47,246 nt of DNA from Phoronis australis (lineage: Eukaryota > Animalia > Phoronida): NCBI GenBank assembly GCA_002633005.1, contig NMRA01000509.1, forward strand, positions 117,913-165,158, read 5' to 3'. The position numbers and the translations under genes are program-made. Under the pieces are notes generated by a model, which worked only from the letters and a program-made list of their open reading frames with translations, had not been told where the DNA came from and did no database searches. Positions 37,414 through 47,246 of the stretch are shown one piece after another; the first letter of the stretch is position 1, and each line of letters starts with the position of its first letter.

Positions 37414-37917
37414 CTGAGAAATCTACCTTATCTACTGGGAGAGTTCTTCTGTCTGGGGCTTAACTCCTAGAATGTGAAGCACCCCCAAACATTGTCAATT
37501 TATTTGGAAAAAGAGAAAAACTGAGCAAGGGAAGAAAATGTTTGGCTTCGAATTTGAAAAGTTTGTAAAATTGATTTTATGTTAAATTTATGTCTGTCAC
37601 AGGCAGGTAAGTGTTTTGGGGCACAATATGTGCCAACACAGTGCAACATATGTATTGCCGCAGTCGACACATATCGTAGTTCACAGACGAAACAACGTGC
37701 GCAGGCCCGACAATATATCACAACATCAAACATTTTCTGTGCAATTCCCGCAAGATGGCGAATTCTGAAATCCTTCTTGACGTGCAAGTCTTAGCAAGGT
37801 ACGGCCGTTGATTACAAGCTAAGAACGTGATCACATAAGTTTTTTGGAATGCCTTGAGTCTACGGAACACTGTCCAGGTGTAAATCAATTAAATCATTAG
37901 ACATTAGGAAACGGTAC

Positions 37918-38053
37918 CTTTTGTCAGTGGTTTCATTGCCATTTTGTTAAACATTGTAGCCCAAGCACGCAAATTAACTCTTAAAGTGGAAACGTAATCG
38001 TTCGCCTCCTTCATTACCGGGTCTGTATACTGTTTACACCAGGATTCAACTCC
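37918..38053 (-). CDS. Putative exon, unidentified helical domain of the FN2-kringle gene
   Basis: Acceptor ttttctctgtag, open frame GVESWCKQYTDPVMKEANDYVSTLRVNLRAWATMFNKMAMKPLTK, donor AG|gtaccg; phase 0-1. Confidence 0.62.
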
Positions 38054-38341
38054 CTACAGAGAAAAACAATGTTAACGTGACGATCGGAGCGTTATCAAGC
38101 AGTATCATTACACTTTATGCACAACTTGAAATTCATGAAAAACCAAGTGAACACTAACAATTATAAAAAGGATGTCTGCATGTGCTGTCAAGTTTCTTCA
38201 TCAGCAAAATACCACATGCACGTTTTATAATAAAAGGAACTGGTGCAAATCCCAGATGTAACAGACAGATGACGAATCGGCATAATCTCCTATGGACAGC
38301 CTCTTTATTCAGTTGGTAGTCATGGTTTTACTTGTACTCAC

Positions 38342-38415
38342 GTGTCTTGAAGTCGTATAAATTTTTTTGGAGGCACCGGTGACTGCATCACTCCACTCCC
38401 ACTCGTAAGACAGCT
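38342..38415 (-). CDS. Putative exon, unidentified domain of the FN2-kringle gene
   Basis: Acceptor ctacag, (E)LSYEWEWSDAVTGASKKIYTTSRH, donor gtgagt; phase 1-0 joins the next exon in frame. Confidence 0.6.
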
Positions 38416-38469
38416 CTGTAGTATAAACTGTTACACAAAATTTAAATGGCTCGTAAATTACGTTTGCAT

Positions 38470-38598
38470 ATACATATACGCGCGCGCACACACGCGCAGG
38501 AACACGAGCACACATACACAGATACATGCATACATACATACATACATACATACATACATACATGTGTGCGTGTGAGTGTGCATATGTATGTACATGTA
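38470..38598. repeat. (CATA)n / (CA)n / (TG)n microsatellite region
   Basis: CATACATACATA... at ~38529-38563 with flanking alternating purine-pyrimidine tracts. Confidence 0.9.
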
Positions 38599-38599
38599 A

Positions 38600-39290
38600 A
38601 TTCTTGCAAAATTTCATGAAAGTCTGTCAAAGGACTCCGACCATAGATGACCACTGCCTAAAATTCTAAACTTGCGGAGCGAACGATGGTCAGATCCGGC
38701 CATAAGTCGCCCCCTTCTTCGTCATCCTCTTATGAAGCCGTCTGCCAACTTTCATGAAGATATCTCAAGGTGTTAGGGAGACAGAGCTTTGAGTGCCAGA
38801 TGCACAGTCAGAGACGGTGGCAACACGCGACAACATTAGTGTATACATGTATGGCACCCGTAGGGGCAGATGACATGGCCACCAGTTAAATTTGACCCAG
38901 AATGGAAACCTATTTTCACAATTTAATCCAAAGCTACTCCAAAGACACAGGGACAAATGTCCATACAAAAAAATGTCAATAGGGGGAACATCGCACGTAA
39001 TCGGATCTGTCTGAAAATATCGTCACCCATTGCCATCATTAAATTAACATTCGGCAAAATTCGCAATGATCCTGTAAAGAATTTTAATTCTTTTCTGTGG
39101 TGAGAAAACCTCCACAAGGAGTCGCCACATTAACCATGAACAAATCTGTGATTTCCATAAAAATATTCTTGGGGGATAGAGAGGCGGAAGCCAAAACATT
39201 TATCAGAAAATACTAAAAATTCTCTCTATGCAGCTCAAACTGCATCGAATCCGTTCAAATTTGGGAAGAATTGTATCAGAATATAGTCTG
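38600..39290 (+). repeat. Diverged relative of the 27930-29610 family, abutting the Gypsy LTR
   Basis: Shared blocks such as GATCTGTCTGAAAATATCGTC and GATAGAGAGGCGGAAGCCAAAAC. Confidence 0.6.
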
Positions 39291-39304
39291 ACAATATTAT
39301 TAGT

Positions 39305-40053
39305 TGTAATGTTTTGTTTTGTTTTGTTATTCAGTTAGATTGACATGACCCCTGAGTTAAGTGCAATGATGATGTAATTTGTTTACTACAAACTAGTGTG
39401 GAACTTTCTAGAAGACTGAGGTCAGAACAGTGATGATGTAATTTGTTTACTACAGTATAGTGTGGAACTTTCTAGAAGACTCTAGCATGACAGTGATTAA
39501 TGCAGTCTGGAATATTCTAGAGACTAGTACATGTACATGTTCGTAGAATGATTGGGTAGGTTCCAGAAAGTTCTGGTATGTGCTTGAATTGATGAAAAGT
39601 TCTAGAACAATGCAGTAGGCTATAAATACACAATCACGGGTTTGTGTTAGTCAGTTGAATTCAAGATAAGATCAAGTCGGGAGATCAAGTCAGATCAAGT
39701 AAGTTCAAGAAAGTTTATCAGGAGAACTACAGTTGAGTTGCAGTGAAGAGAATCAGCAGTTACAGCGATTGTCAATAGAGAGCCAGCTATAGAGACAGCA
39801 GGTTATTGAATCAACGAGTGTAACAGTTGCTGGAAGTATCTCAGAAGTTCAATACAAGTCAAGGCTTCGCAGCACTGGCTGGAGCATAAACAGACATTAC
39901 GTTGGACGTTTTGTTTGAGTAGGCTTGTGAACGTACGGTCGGGATTAATAAAGGATTAACCCGAACCAATCTTCAGTCAATCTTCGCACCGAAAGCTATT
40001 ATCACAGGTCTGTAACAACCTGCGCCCACCCACACACGGGGAAAAACGTGACA
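39305..40053 (+). repeat. 5' LTR (~749 bp)
   Basis: TGTAATGTTTT ... AAAACGTGACA imperfect inverted termini, TATAAATA at 39621, AATAAA at ~39947, internal ~63-bp duplication; directly followed by the PBS. Confidence 0.8.
39400..39628 (+). promoter_or_regulatory. Cluster of heat-shock elements upstream of the TATA box in LTR U3
   Basis: Perfect three-unit HSEs gGAActTTCtaGAAg (39400, 39464) and gTTCcaGAAagTTCt (39560). Partial elements at ~39505-39522 and 39599-39608. TATA at 39621. Confidence 0.7.
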
Positions 40054-40055
40054 AT

Positions 40056-40074
40056 TGGCGAGCACGCCAGGAGT
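40056..40074 (+). other. Primer-binding site, probably tRNA-Arg(ACG)
   Basis: TGGCGAGCACGCCAGGAGT, 2 nt after the LTR end. Near-complementary to the 3' end of animal tRNA-Arg(ACG) (...ACTCCTGGCNNNNTCGCCA) as recalled. Confidence 0.75.
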
Positions 40075-40128
40075 TTACTGACGGTAACAAGGTGTGATAA
40101 AGTGGACTGTTGGAATTAGCGACTCACT

Positions 40129-40668
40129 ATGGAGACAAGTTCGCGACTAAGAGAGTTGATGGCCCTCGGACAAGAAATGGGTCTGCATGGAGACAATCTC
40201 AGACAGTTTGTTGAAAAACAACAAGCTGAAGCTCGTGAAGCTGAGGAGAGGAAGCAAGCTCGTGGGACTGAAGAGAGAAGGCAAGCGCGAGAGGCTGAGG
40301 CCGAGGAGAGGAGGCAAGCCCGCGAAACCGAACAGCAGATGGAGAGAGAAAGAATGGAACACGAGAGGGCGCTAGCAGCACTGAAAGCTGAACAGGTTGC
40401 AGCAGAGGGTAGCCATGTTAGATCAACTGGTGGTGTAAAGCCGAAGCTACCTAAGTTTGACGAAAAGCAGGACGATGTGGACAACTTCCTGGAAAGGTCT
40501 GAAAGATACGCAGAGAGTCAGGGTTGGACACAGAGTGAATGGGCAATTAGTCTCAGTCCCCTGTTAACAGGTAAGGGCCTGCAGATTTATACTAGCCTTC
40601 CTATGGCTGATGCACTGGACTATGCTACACTCAAAAGAGCCTTGTTAAAGCGCTATGAGCTGACCGAG
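40129..40668 (+). CDS. Gmr1-type Gag, N-terminal part (cut by gap)
   Basis: Glu/Arg-rich coiled coil, then KLPKFDEKQDDVDNFLERSERYA...W...W...LSPLLTGKG...DYATLKRALLKRYELTE. Confidence 0.88.
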
Positions 40669-41565
40669 NNNNNNNNNNNNNNNNNNNNNNNNNNNNNNNN
40701 NNNNNNNNNNNNNNNNNNNNNNNNNNNNNNNNNNNNNNNNNNNNNNNNNNNNNNNNNNNNNNNNNNNNNNNNNNNNNNNNNNNNNNNNNNNNNNNNNNNN
40801 NNNNNNNNNNNNNNNNNNNNNNNNNNNNNNNNNNNNNNNNNNNNNNNNNNNNNNNNNNNNNNNNNNNNNNNNNNNNNNNNNNNNNNNNNNNNNNNNNNNN
40901 NNNNNNNNNNNNNNNNNNNNNNNNNNNNNNNNNNNNNNNNNNNNNNNNNNNNNNNNNNNNNNNNNNNNNNNNNNNNNNNNNNNNNNNNNNNNNNNNNNNN
41001 NNNNNNNNNNNNNNNNNNNNNNNNNNNNNNNNNNNNNNNNNNNNNNNNNNNNNNNNNNNNNNNNNNNNNNNNNNNNNNNNNNNNNNNNNNNNNNNNNNNN
41101 NNNNNNNNNNNNNNNNNNNNNNNNNNNNNNNNNNNNNNNNNNNNNNNNNNNNNNNNNNNNNNNNNNNNNNNNNNNNNNNNNNNNNNNNNNNNNNNNNNNN
41201 NNNNNNNNNNNNNNNNNNNNNNNNNNNNNNNNNNNNNNNNNNNNNNNNNNNNNNNNNNNNNNNNNNNNNNNNNNNNNNNNNNNNNNNNNNNNNNNNNNNN
41301 NNNNNNNNNNNNNNNNNNNNNNNNNNNNNNNNNNNNNNNNNNNNNNNNNNNNNNNNNNNNNNNNNNNNNNNNNNNNNNNNNNNNNNNNNNNNNNNNNNNN
41401 NNNNNNNNNNNNNNNNNNNNNNNNNNNNNNNNNNNNNNNNNNNNNNNNNNNNNNNNNNNNNNNNNNNNNNNNNNNNNNNNNNNNNNNNNNNNNNNNNNNN
41501 NNNNNNNNNNNNNNNNNNNNNNNNNNNNNNNNNNNNNNNNNNNNNNNNNNNNNNNNNNNNNNNNN
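40669..41565. other. Assembly gap (897 N); expected to hold the Gag C-terminus and protease
   Basis: Run of N. Confidence 1.
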
Positions 41566-41787
41566 GCCTTGTGGAGGGTCCGAAAGATGACTCTCAAAAG
41601 GGTACGACTTCCCAAGAGAAGAACCCAGTGACCTCAACTCTAGAGGGAGAAGAGGTGGCCGACAAGTCGGTGGAGACAGATCCTGATGAATCCAGCAGGG
41701 AAGCGGTAGCAGTGACTACCAGGGCTCAGGAAGAGCGACAAAAATCGTACATTAAACCGTTAGCTGTGTCCCCAAACCATACAAGAA

Positions 41788-42810
41788 GTGGGACTAAAGC
41801 AGTTCAAAGACGCCCAGCATGAAGATTCATCAATGAAAAAGCTGTGGGAGCAAGCTGAAGCCAAGGTTAAGCGACAGAACAAAGGTAAGGGGTCACACGT
41901 GATGGAGATTCAACGAGGAATACTTTATCGCATGTTCAAAAAGAAAGATGGTGACGAGGTGAAACAAGTTGTCGTGCCGAGTAGTTTACGGAAGTCCGTG
42001 ATGAGGCTCGCTCATGAGTCTATACTCGGTGGACACCTCGGTGTTAGGAAGACAACCGACCGTATCACCAGCAATTTTTATTGGCCAGGAGTGGCATCAG
42101 AAATGACCCGATTCTGCAAATCATGCGACATCTGTCAGAAGACTATCCCTAAAGGTCGAGTGACCAAGGTACCCCTGGGAGAGATGCCTTTGATGGAGGA
42201 GCCATTCAAAAGGATCGCGATCGATCTGATTGGCCCTATAGCTCCAGTTTCCGACAAAGGAAACAGATACATTCTCACGGTGGTGGATTTCGCTACCAGG
42301 TATCCAGAAGCAGTGGTGCTACCGAAGATTGAGACAGAGCGTGTGGCTGAAGCGTTATTAGAAGTCTTCAGTAGAGTAGGGTTCCCACGAGAGATCCTGA
42401 GTGATTGTGGAACGCAGTTCACAGCGGAACTGATGAAGGAGGTCAGCAGGCTTGTGAGTGCAAAGCAGCTGTACACGACCCCTTACAATCCACGCTGTAA
42501 CGGACTCTGTGAGAGAATCAACGGTGTTCTAAAGGCCATGCTGAAGAAAATGTGTCAAGAAAGACCAACGGATTGGGACCGGTATCTGCCAACTGTCCTA
42601 TTTGCTTACCGAGAAGTCCCGCAATCAAGTACAGGATTTTCACCCTTTGAGTTGTTATACGGCAGGACAATAAAAGGTCCGATGCAAATACTGAGCGAAC
42701 TCTGGACAGGGGAAGACAGCAACGACGTCCGTAATACTTACCAATATGTCTTCGAGCTCAGGAACCGCTTAGAGGAGACCTGCGAGTTGGCTAGAAAAAA
42801 ACTTGTATGA
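41788..42810 (+). CDS. Pol fragment: integrase (H2C2 zinc finger and rve core)
   Basis: LAHE...GGHLG...FYWP...CKSCDICQ; catalytic D (IAIDLIG), D (ILSDCGTQF) and E (NGLCERIN). Frameshift in the A-run at ~42800. Confidence 0.93.
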   Translation: MGLKQFKDAQHEDSSMKKLWEQAEAKVKRQNKGKGSHVMEIQRGILYRMFKKKDGDEVKQVVVPSSLRKSVMRLAHESILGGHLGVRKTTDRITSNFYWPGVASEMTRFCKSCDICQKTIPKGRVTKVPLGEMPLMEEPFKRIAIDLIGPIAPVSDKGNRYILTVVDFATRYPEAVVLPKIETERVAEALLEVFSRVGFPREILSDCGTQFTAELMKEVSRLVSAKQLYTTPYNPRCNGLCERINGVLKAMLKKMCQERPTDWDRYLPTVLFAYREVPQSSTGFSPFELLYGRTIKGPMQILSELWTGEDSNDVRNTYQYVFELRNRLEETCELARKKLV

Positions 42811-43746
42811 TGCACAGGGTATTCACAAGCATTACTATGACAAAAAGGCCAGAGATAGGCAGTTTCAGGTGGGACAAAGGGTGTTGGTATTACTTCCCAC
42901 AGATCATAACAAGCTTACTCTGCAGTGGAAGGGGCCTTACGAAGTCACAGAAATAGTCAATCGTATGGACTACAGAATCAACATGAACGGCAAGATCAAG
43001 ATCTTCCATGCCAATCTGTTGAAGGCGTATCACGAACGCGAAGCTGACAACATCACAGGTAAAGATGAAGCGGTCGGTGCGGTGTTAATTAAGGAGTGTG
43101 TGAATGACGAAGCGACCCTTCATGATGAAGGCGCTTTAGAGCTTCGACCGGAAGGTCACAGTGAAACCTACAAGGACGTTAAGCGGTGCGATTCCTTGAC
43201 GTCAGAACAACGTGAACAGGCACTACGGCTTCTTTATGATTACCGTGGCATCTTTACCAATCAGCCTGGAGAGACCGATTTAGCCAGCCACGTCATCGAG
43301 TTGACAACAGAACAACCAGTGAGAGTGAGACCAGATCAGATGCCATACACTACTCAGGACTTAGTGAAGAAGGAAGTGCAGGAGATGTTAAAGATGAACA
43401 TCATTGAGCCTTCGACTTCAGCTTACAGCTCTCCTGTAGTGTTGGTGGCTAAAAAGGATGGCACCACAAGATTCTGTGTTGACTATCGACGGCTGAATGC
43501 AGTGACCAAATTTGACAACGAGCCCATGGGTAACCCAGAAACTATTATGGCTAATCTGCATGGTCAACGTTTCTTCTCGAAGTTCGACTTCACGAAGGGC
43601 TACTGGCAAATTCCCATGGATGAGGCTAGTAAAGAGAAGACGGCATTTGTGACTCCAGGAGGCTGTTACCAGTTCCGCAGAATGCCGTTTGGCTTGGTAA
43701 ATTCGGCGGCCACGTTCAACAGGATGATGAGAAAAATGCTAGCAGG
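42803..43746 (+). CDS. Pol fragment: integrase tail and reverse transcriptase N-terminal part
   Basis: WKGPY motif, then IIEPSTSAYSSPVVLV.KKDG..RFCVDYRRLN, FDFTKGYWQI, MPFGLVNSAATFNR. The YxDD segment is missing at the single N (43747). Confidence 0.92.
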
Positions 43747-43748
43747 NT

Positions 43749-44500
43749 CTCCGTACACTGAGAGACTTGTTTCAGAGAGTAAAGGGGGCAGGCTTGACAG
43801 TAAGACCGTCAAAGTGCAGCATTAGCTATCAGGAGGTGGAGTTCCTTGGACATCAGGTTGGGACAAACAAGATAGCTATGGACGACCAAAAGCTAATGAA
43901 GATCCAGGATGCACCAACACCATCTACTAAGACAGAAGTACGATCATTCCTAGGGCTTGCAGGGTACTACCAAAAGTTTGTGCCTGGCTATGCACAGATA
44001 GCCACACCATTGACAGATTTACTGAAGAAGGGCCAACCAAAGAAAGTCGTGTGGACCGATATTCATGAACAGGCATTCAAGAAGTTAAAGCAAGTACTCG
44101 GAAGGAGCCCGATCCTACGGGTGCCTGACTTCACTCAGAGATTCATCGTCAGAACAGACGCGTCAAACGATGGTTTAGGGGCAGTCTTACTGCAAGAGTT
44201 TGATGATGGGATATTCCCTATTGCATATGCCAGCCGGAAGCTTAAAGAAAGCCAGCGGCATTACTTTACAGAAGAGAAAGAGTGTTTAGCAATAGTGTTT
44301 GTTGTTAAACGTTTTCAGTTTTATCTGTATGGGACAGAATTCGTGGTGCAAACAGACCACAAACCACTGGTATATATTCAGCGTTGTAAGATTGAAAGTC
44401 CCAGGGTTATGCGATGGGCTATAGCGCTGCAGAATTATAAATTCCATGTGGAGGATATCCCTGGAAAATGTAACGTTGGTGCAGGGACTATACTAAGCCT
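43749..44500 (+). CDS. Pol fragment: RT C-terminus and RNase H
   Basis: PSKC...VEFLGH, VRSFLGLAGYY, RTDASNDGLGAVL, IAYASRKL, EKECLAIV, QTDHKPL. The terminal ADYLS motif is disrupted at ~44485. Confidence 0.92.
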
Positions 44501-45918
44501 GCTGGTTAAGGGGGGTAGTGTTGAGGCGAAAAGAAGCTCAAAGGACTTAAAATTTGTTGATGGCGGAAGATGACGGCGTCAGCAGATTTATACTGTACAT
44601 GTAAGGATATCTCAAACCTTATTCATAAAATTGTCCATTTATATGATATTTCATATACGCCTAGCAAAATACCTCATGTTCATGCTCGGGGACAGTCAAG
44701 TACATAATATATAGCGAGAACAAAGATTTAGCAAAATTACCTTGGAACCACACAACCGCGTGGACTACTTATGCGTGGTCAAATATTACAGGGCTGTCAC
44801 TCAAATCGAATCCCGCCAGGCACAGAGCAGCTCCGTATGTACCCTCAGTTCTTTTCTTCACCGTCGCCATAATATCAAGTCAATGAGGTGTACATATGAT
44901 AGAAAGATGCCGGGAAAACGGAAGACAAACATAGTTTGATCTTGAGGGAGTTGTGTGTCCGCATGCATTCGACCGTTAGGAACGAATGCTCCGAGTCGCC
45001 TCACGCTTCTGATACTTTGTGTTCACGAACACAGCAAGTTCAGAAAAGAGATAAATTCTCGCCCAAATTCCTTAATTCAATAAGTAAATAGATTTCTGTT
45101 GTCCATTTCGTGAACCTACTTTTAATGAGTCAACAATTGATTCCGCCTGTCAGACAGGAGACAAAATTAAGGTTTTAGCGATAATTAAGTTAATTACACA
45201 CTGCATACTCAGTTGACACTGCGAATGAGTGTTGACATATCAAACATGGTGAAGACATGTATAGGTTATATTGACTGAAATTAAGTCTTCACTGAATAAT
45301 TAACCGCAGACCTCAAGATTTTCACGCGTTCCAGCTTAATCAGCTTTTTACTGGTTTCGGCAAATCGACTTAATTTGAGCTTAGGAATACGAGTTCTCGA
45401 CACAGCTAAGTGGATTTCGCTGAAACTTTCCAATGCTTAATTTTTATTGATCAATCTCAAAAAGCTGTTAGGATTTTCGATATAAAGGCTTAGTTTTTGC
45501 GTAATGTAACACAGACGAATACGATTGCTATTTTTACAAAAAAACTTACGTTTTGCGAGTTGATTTGTCACAGAAACCAAACTAAGAGACTAATCGAAAC
45601 TTCCGAACAGGGCTTTTGAGGTAACTGGTGAGGTTTTCATTTAAAAAATGTTTCATTAAAATCAAGAGAGGTGTTATTTTGCTATGAATGTACCTTGCTT
45701 AAAATGAAATTCTGACTTAAAATGTTGTTAATATAATTTTAGCAATGGCACACAAATATAAAATATATTTTTATAGTCCACGATTTATTTTTTTTAGAAA
45801 ATATATACTTTTACCAGTTGACAAAGCCTCTTTTCGATATTAGGAGTTAGATTGGAGACCACTAAATATGGTTTGATATAACCTTAAACGCGATTTCTGG
45901 GAATCGGAAGCGCTGACA

Positions 45919-46046
45919 CACCCGTTCCCAACACCGTAACTCTGTTCAAGAGTCTATTAAAATGCAAGCCGTTACATGCTTGTAACTCCCTGTAACGACT
46001 TGCATTTGAATAGACTCGTGAACAGAGTCCATGTTGGGAACGGGTG
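45919..46046. mobile_element. 128-bp hairpin MITE with a 7-bp target duplication
   Basis: CACCCGTTCCCAACA ... TGTTGGGAACGGGTG termini, palindromic almost to the centre; GCTGACA at 45912-45918 and 46047-46053. Confidence 0.85.
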
Positions 46047-47246
46047 GCTGACAAGGTTAGAATGGCAATTGTGTTTCTTATTATATCTCAATAATTGTCA
46101 TTAATTGCTTTTTCAAGTTTTACTACAATATGAAGCTGCGATAAAAAGTAAAATCAACATCATTCTTATTTTTTCTCTGAAAACTAGCTCATGAATATTC
46201 GCAGCGCTCAATTTGACGATCAGCAGGTCGCAAATGCGACGTCAGATTGTTCGGTGACTTGGCAAAAATTCTACGTCGCCACGAAAACGCCACCCCTAGT
46301 ATATAATTCAGACAACAATTCCCTATAAAGTCATTTCAAAGTTCGTGCTGACTTCCAAATTAAAATTACTAACAGTTTTTCGACATTCGTTGAGCTAAGC
46401 GTCGAGCGCTGACTCGTCACCAAAAGTACAATAAAAACGTTTTTAATCCAAAAGAAAAATGTCTCTAGACACCAATGGTGCCCCAAGTATCAGTCAATAA
46501 AATGATGCCGAAACTATTTTGTTCCTAAAAACTACTACAGTTCTCTTGAATAATCGTTTATACGTGGCGTGCAAGGAAGTCGTGGTGAAAGGCAACAGTC
46601 AGTCAGGAGGTAACCTGGGCAATTGGAAGGTTTTACATTCGAGAAAAAATACCTTCAAATTCTGTTAGAAAAAGCAAGGCCACGTTGGCGGACATTCGTT
46701 TCACAAGCTTGTGTTTCTACATGTATACGCATTACCAGCAATTCGTAAACTAGGTCATCCGCCAGGTTCTCTGCGTATCATCGCTTATGGACCAGTTAGC
46801 GCTTCACCCTCCGCGTGTCTACTGGGGACGAAAGACCAGGAAGGTTGTTCTACATTTTGTATCCCAAAGTTCAAATATATTCCGTTAAAAAGGAAAGACA
46901 AAACATATTATTACAGATGTCTGACCAATATCATGAGTCAACACTCGTAAGCAAATCAAAGCTTGCCTTATCTCGCACTACCTCAATCGACTAGTTTTCA
47001 GTTCGCAATGGCAACAATACAATTCTCATAAATTCAACTTGTAATGACCCCTTTCAATTTTAAACCATGCCCGAAGTACTCGGAAACAAATTATTGTTAG
47101 GTACAACGAGGTTTTTTCCTCTGAAGTGGATCGTAAACACCTCAGGTGAGTTTTCCGCACACAGCTCAGTACTTTGGTTTAGAGCTGAATTTTAGCTCCC
47201 ATACCGTTATGGACCGGGCCGGGCCGGTCAAGAGCCAATCTTTTTT

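Larger units (their letters stand above)
39305..44520 (+). mobile_element. Gmr1-like Ty3/Gypsy LTR retrotransposon (gag-[gap]-INT-RT-RH), defective as assembled, 3' LTR absent
   Basis: 5' LTR, PBS, gag, integrase upstream of RT and RNase H, and polypurine tract AAGGGGGGTAG followed by TGT at ~44508-44521. Confidence 0.92.

Noticed and set aside
40669-41565. Long ORFs (500, 330 and 320 aa) crossing the gap, and those at 17836-18091
   Set aside because: They are artefacts of translating N runs.
43740-43770. RT naturally lacking the YxDD catalytic motif
   Set aside because: The missing segment coincides with a single N at 43747, so a contig-join artefact is the simpler explanation.
44800-44825. 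tRNA B-box-like ATCGAATCCCGCCAGGCA
   Set aside because: No A box or cloverleaf around it.

Overview
Eukaryotic (invertebrate animal) draft-assembly DNA with spliceosomal GT-AG introns and three N gaps. The left ~20 kb holds two head-to-head housekeeping-type genes: the first eight coding exons of a GSAP/pigeon homologue (minus strand, running off the left edge) and a complete GT31 beta-1,3-galactosyltransferase-like gene (plus strand). Both carry Kolobok-type TTAA-targeting elements nearby, one seen as a filled/empty site pair across a gap. The right ~27 kb is repeat-rich. It contains a frameshifted apolipoprotein-L-family gene, the 3' part of an unknown-domain/FN2/kringle gene with a lesioned kringle, Helentron-like (HINE) repeats, LINE fragments, MITEs and a Gmr1-type Ty3/Gypsy retrotransposon (integrase before RT). 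The most unusual signals are: a cluster of perfect heat-shock elements ahead of the TATA box in the Gypsy LTR; more than 20 TACATGTA motifs that look like DNA-transposon excision scars, one apparently inserted into a LINE reading frame; an L1-like insertion flanked by a 151-bp direct duplication; and a Kolobok derivative built from two inverted 5' ends. All family assignments come from motif recognition by eye, with no database searches.
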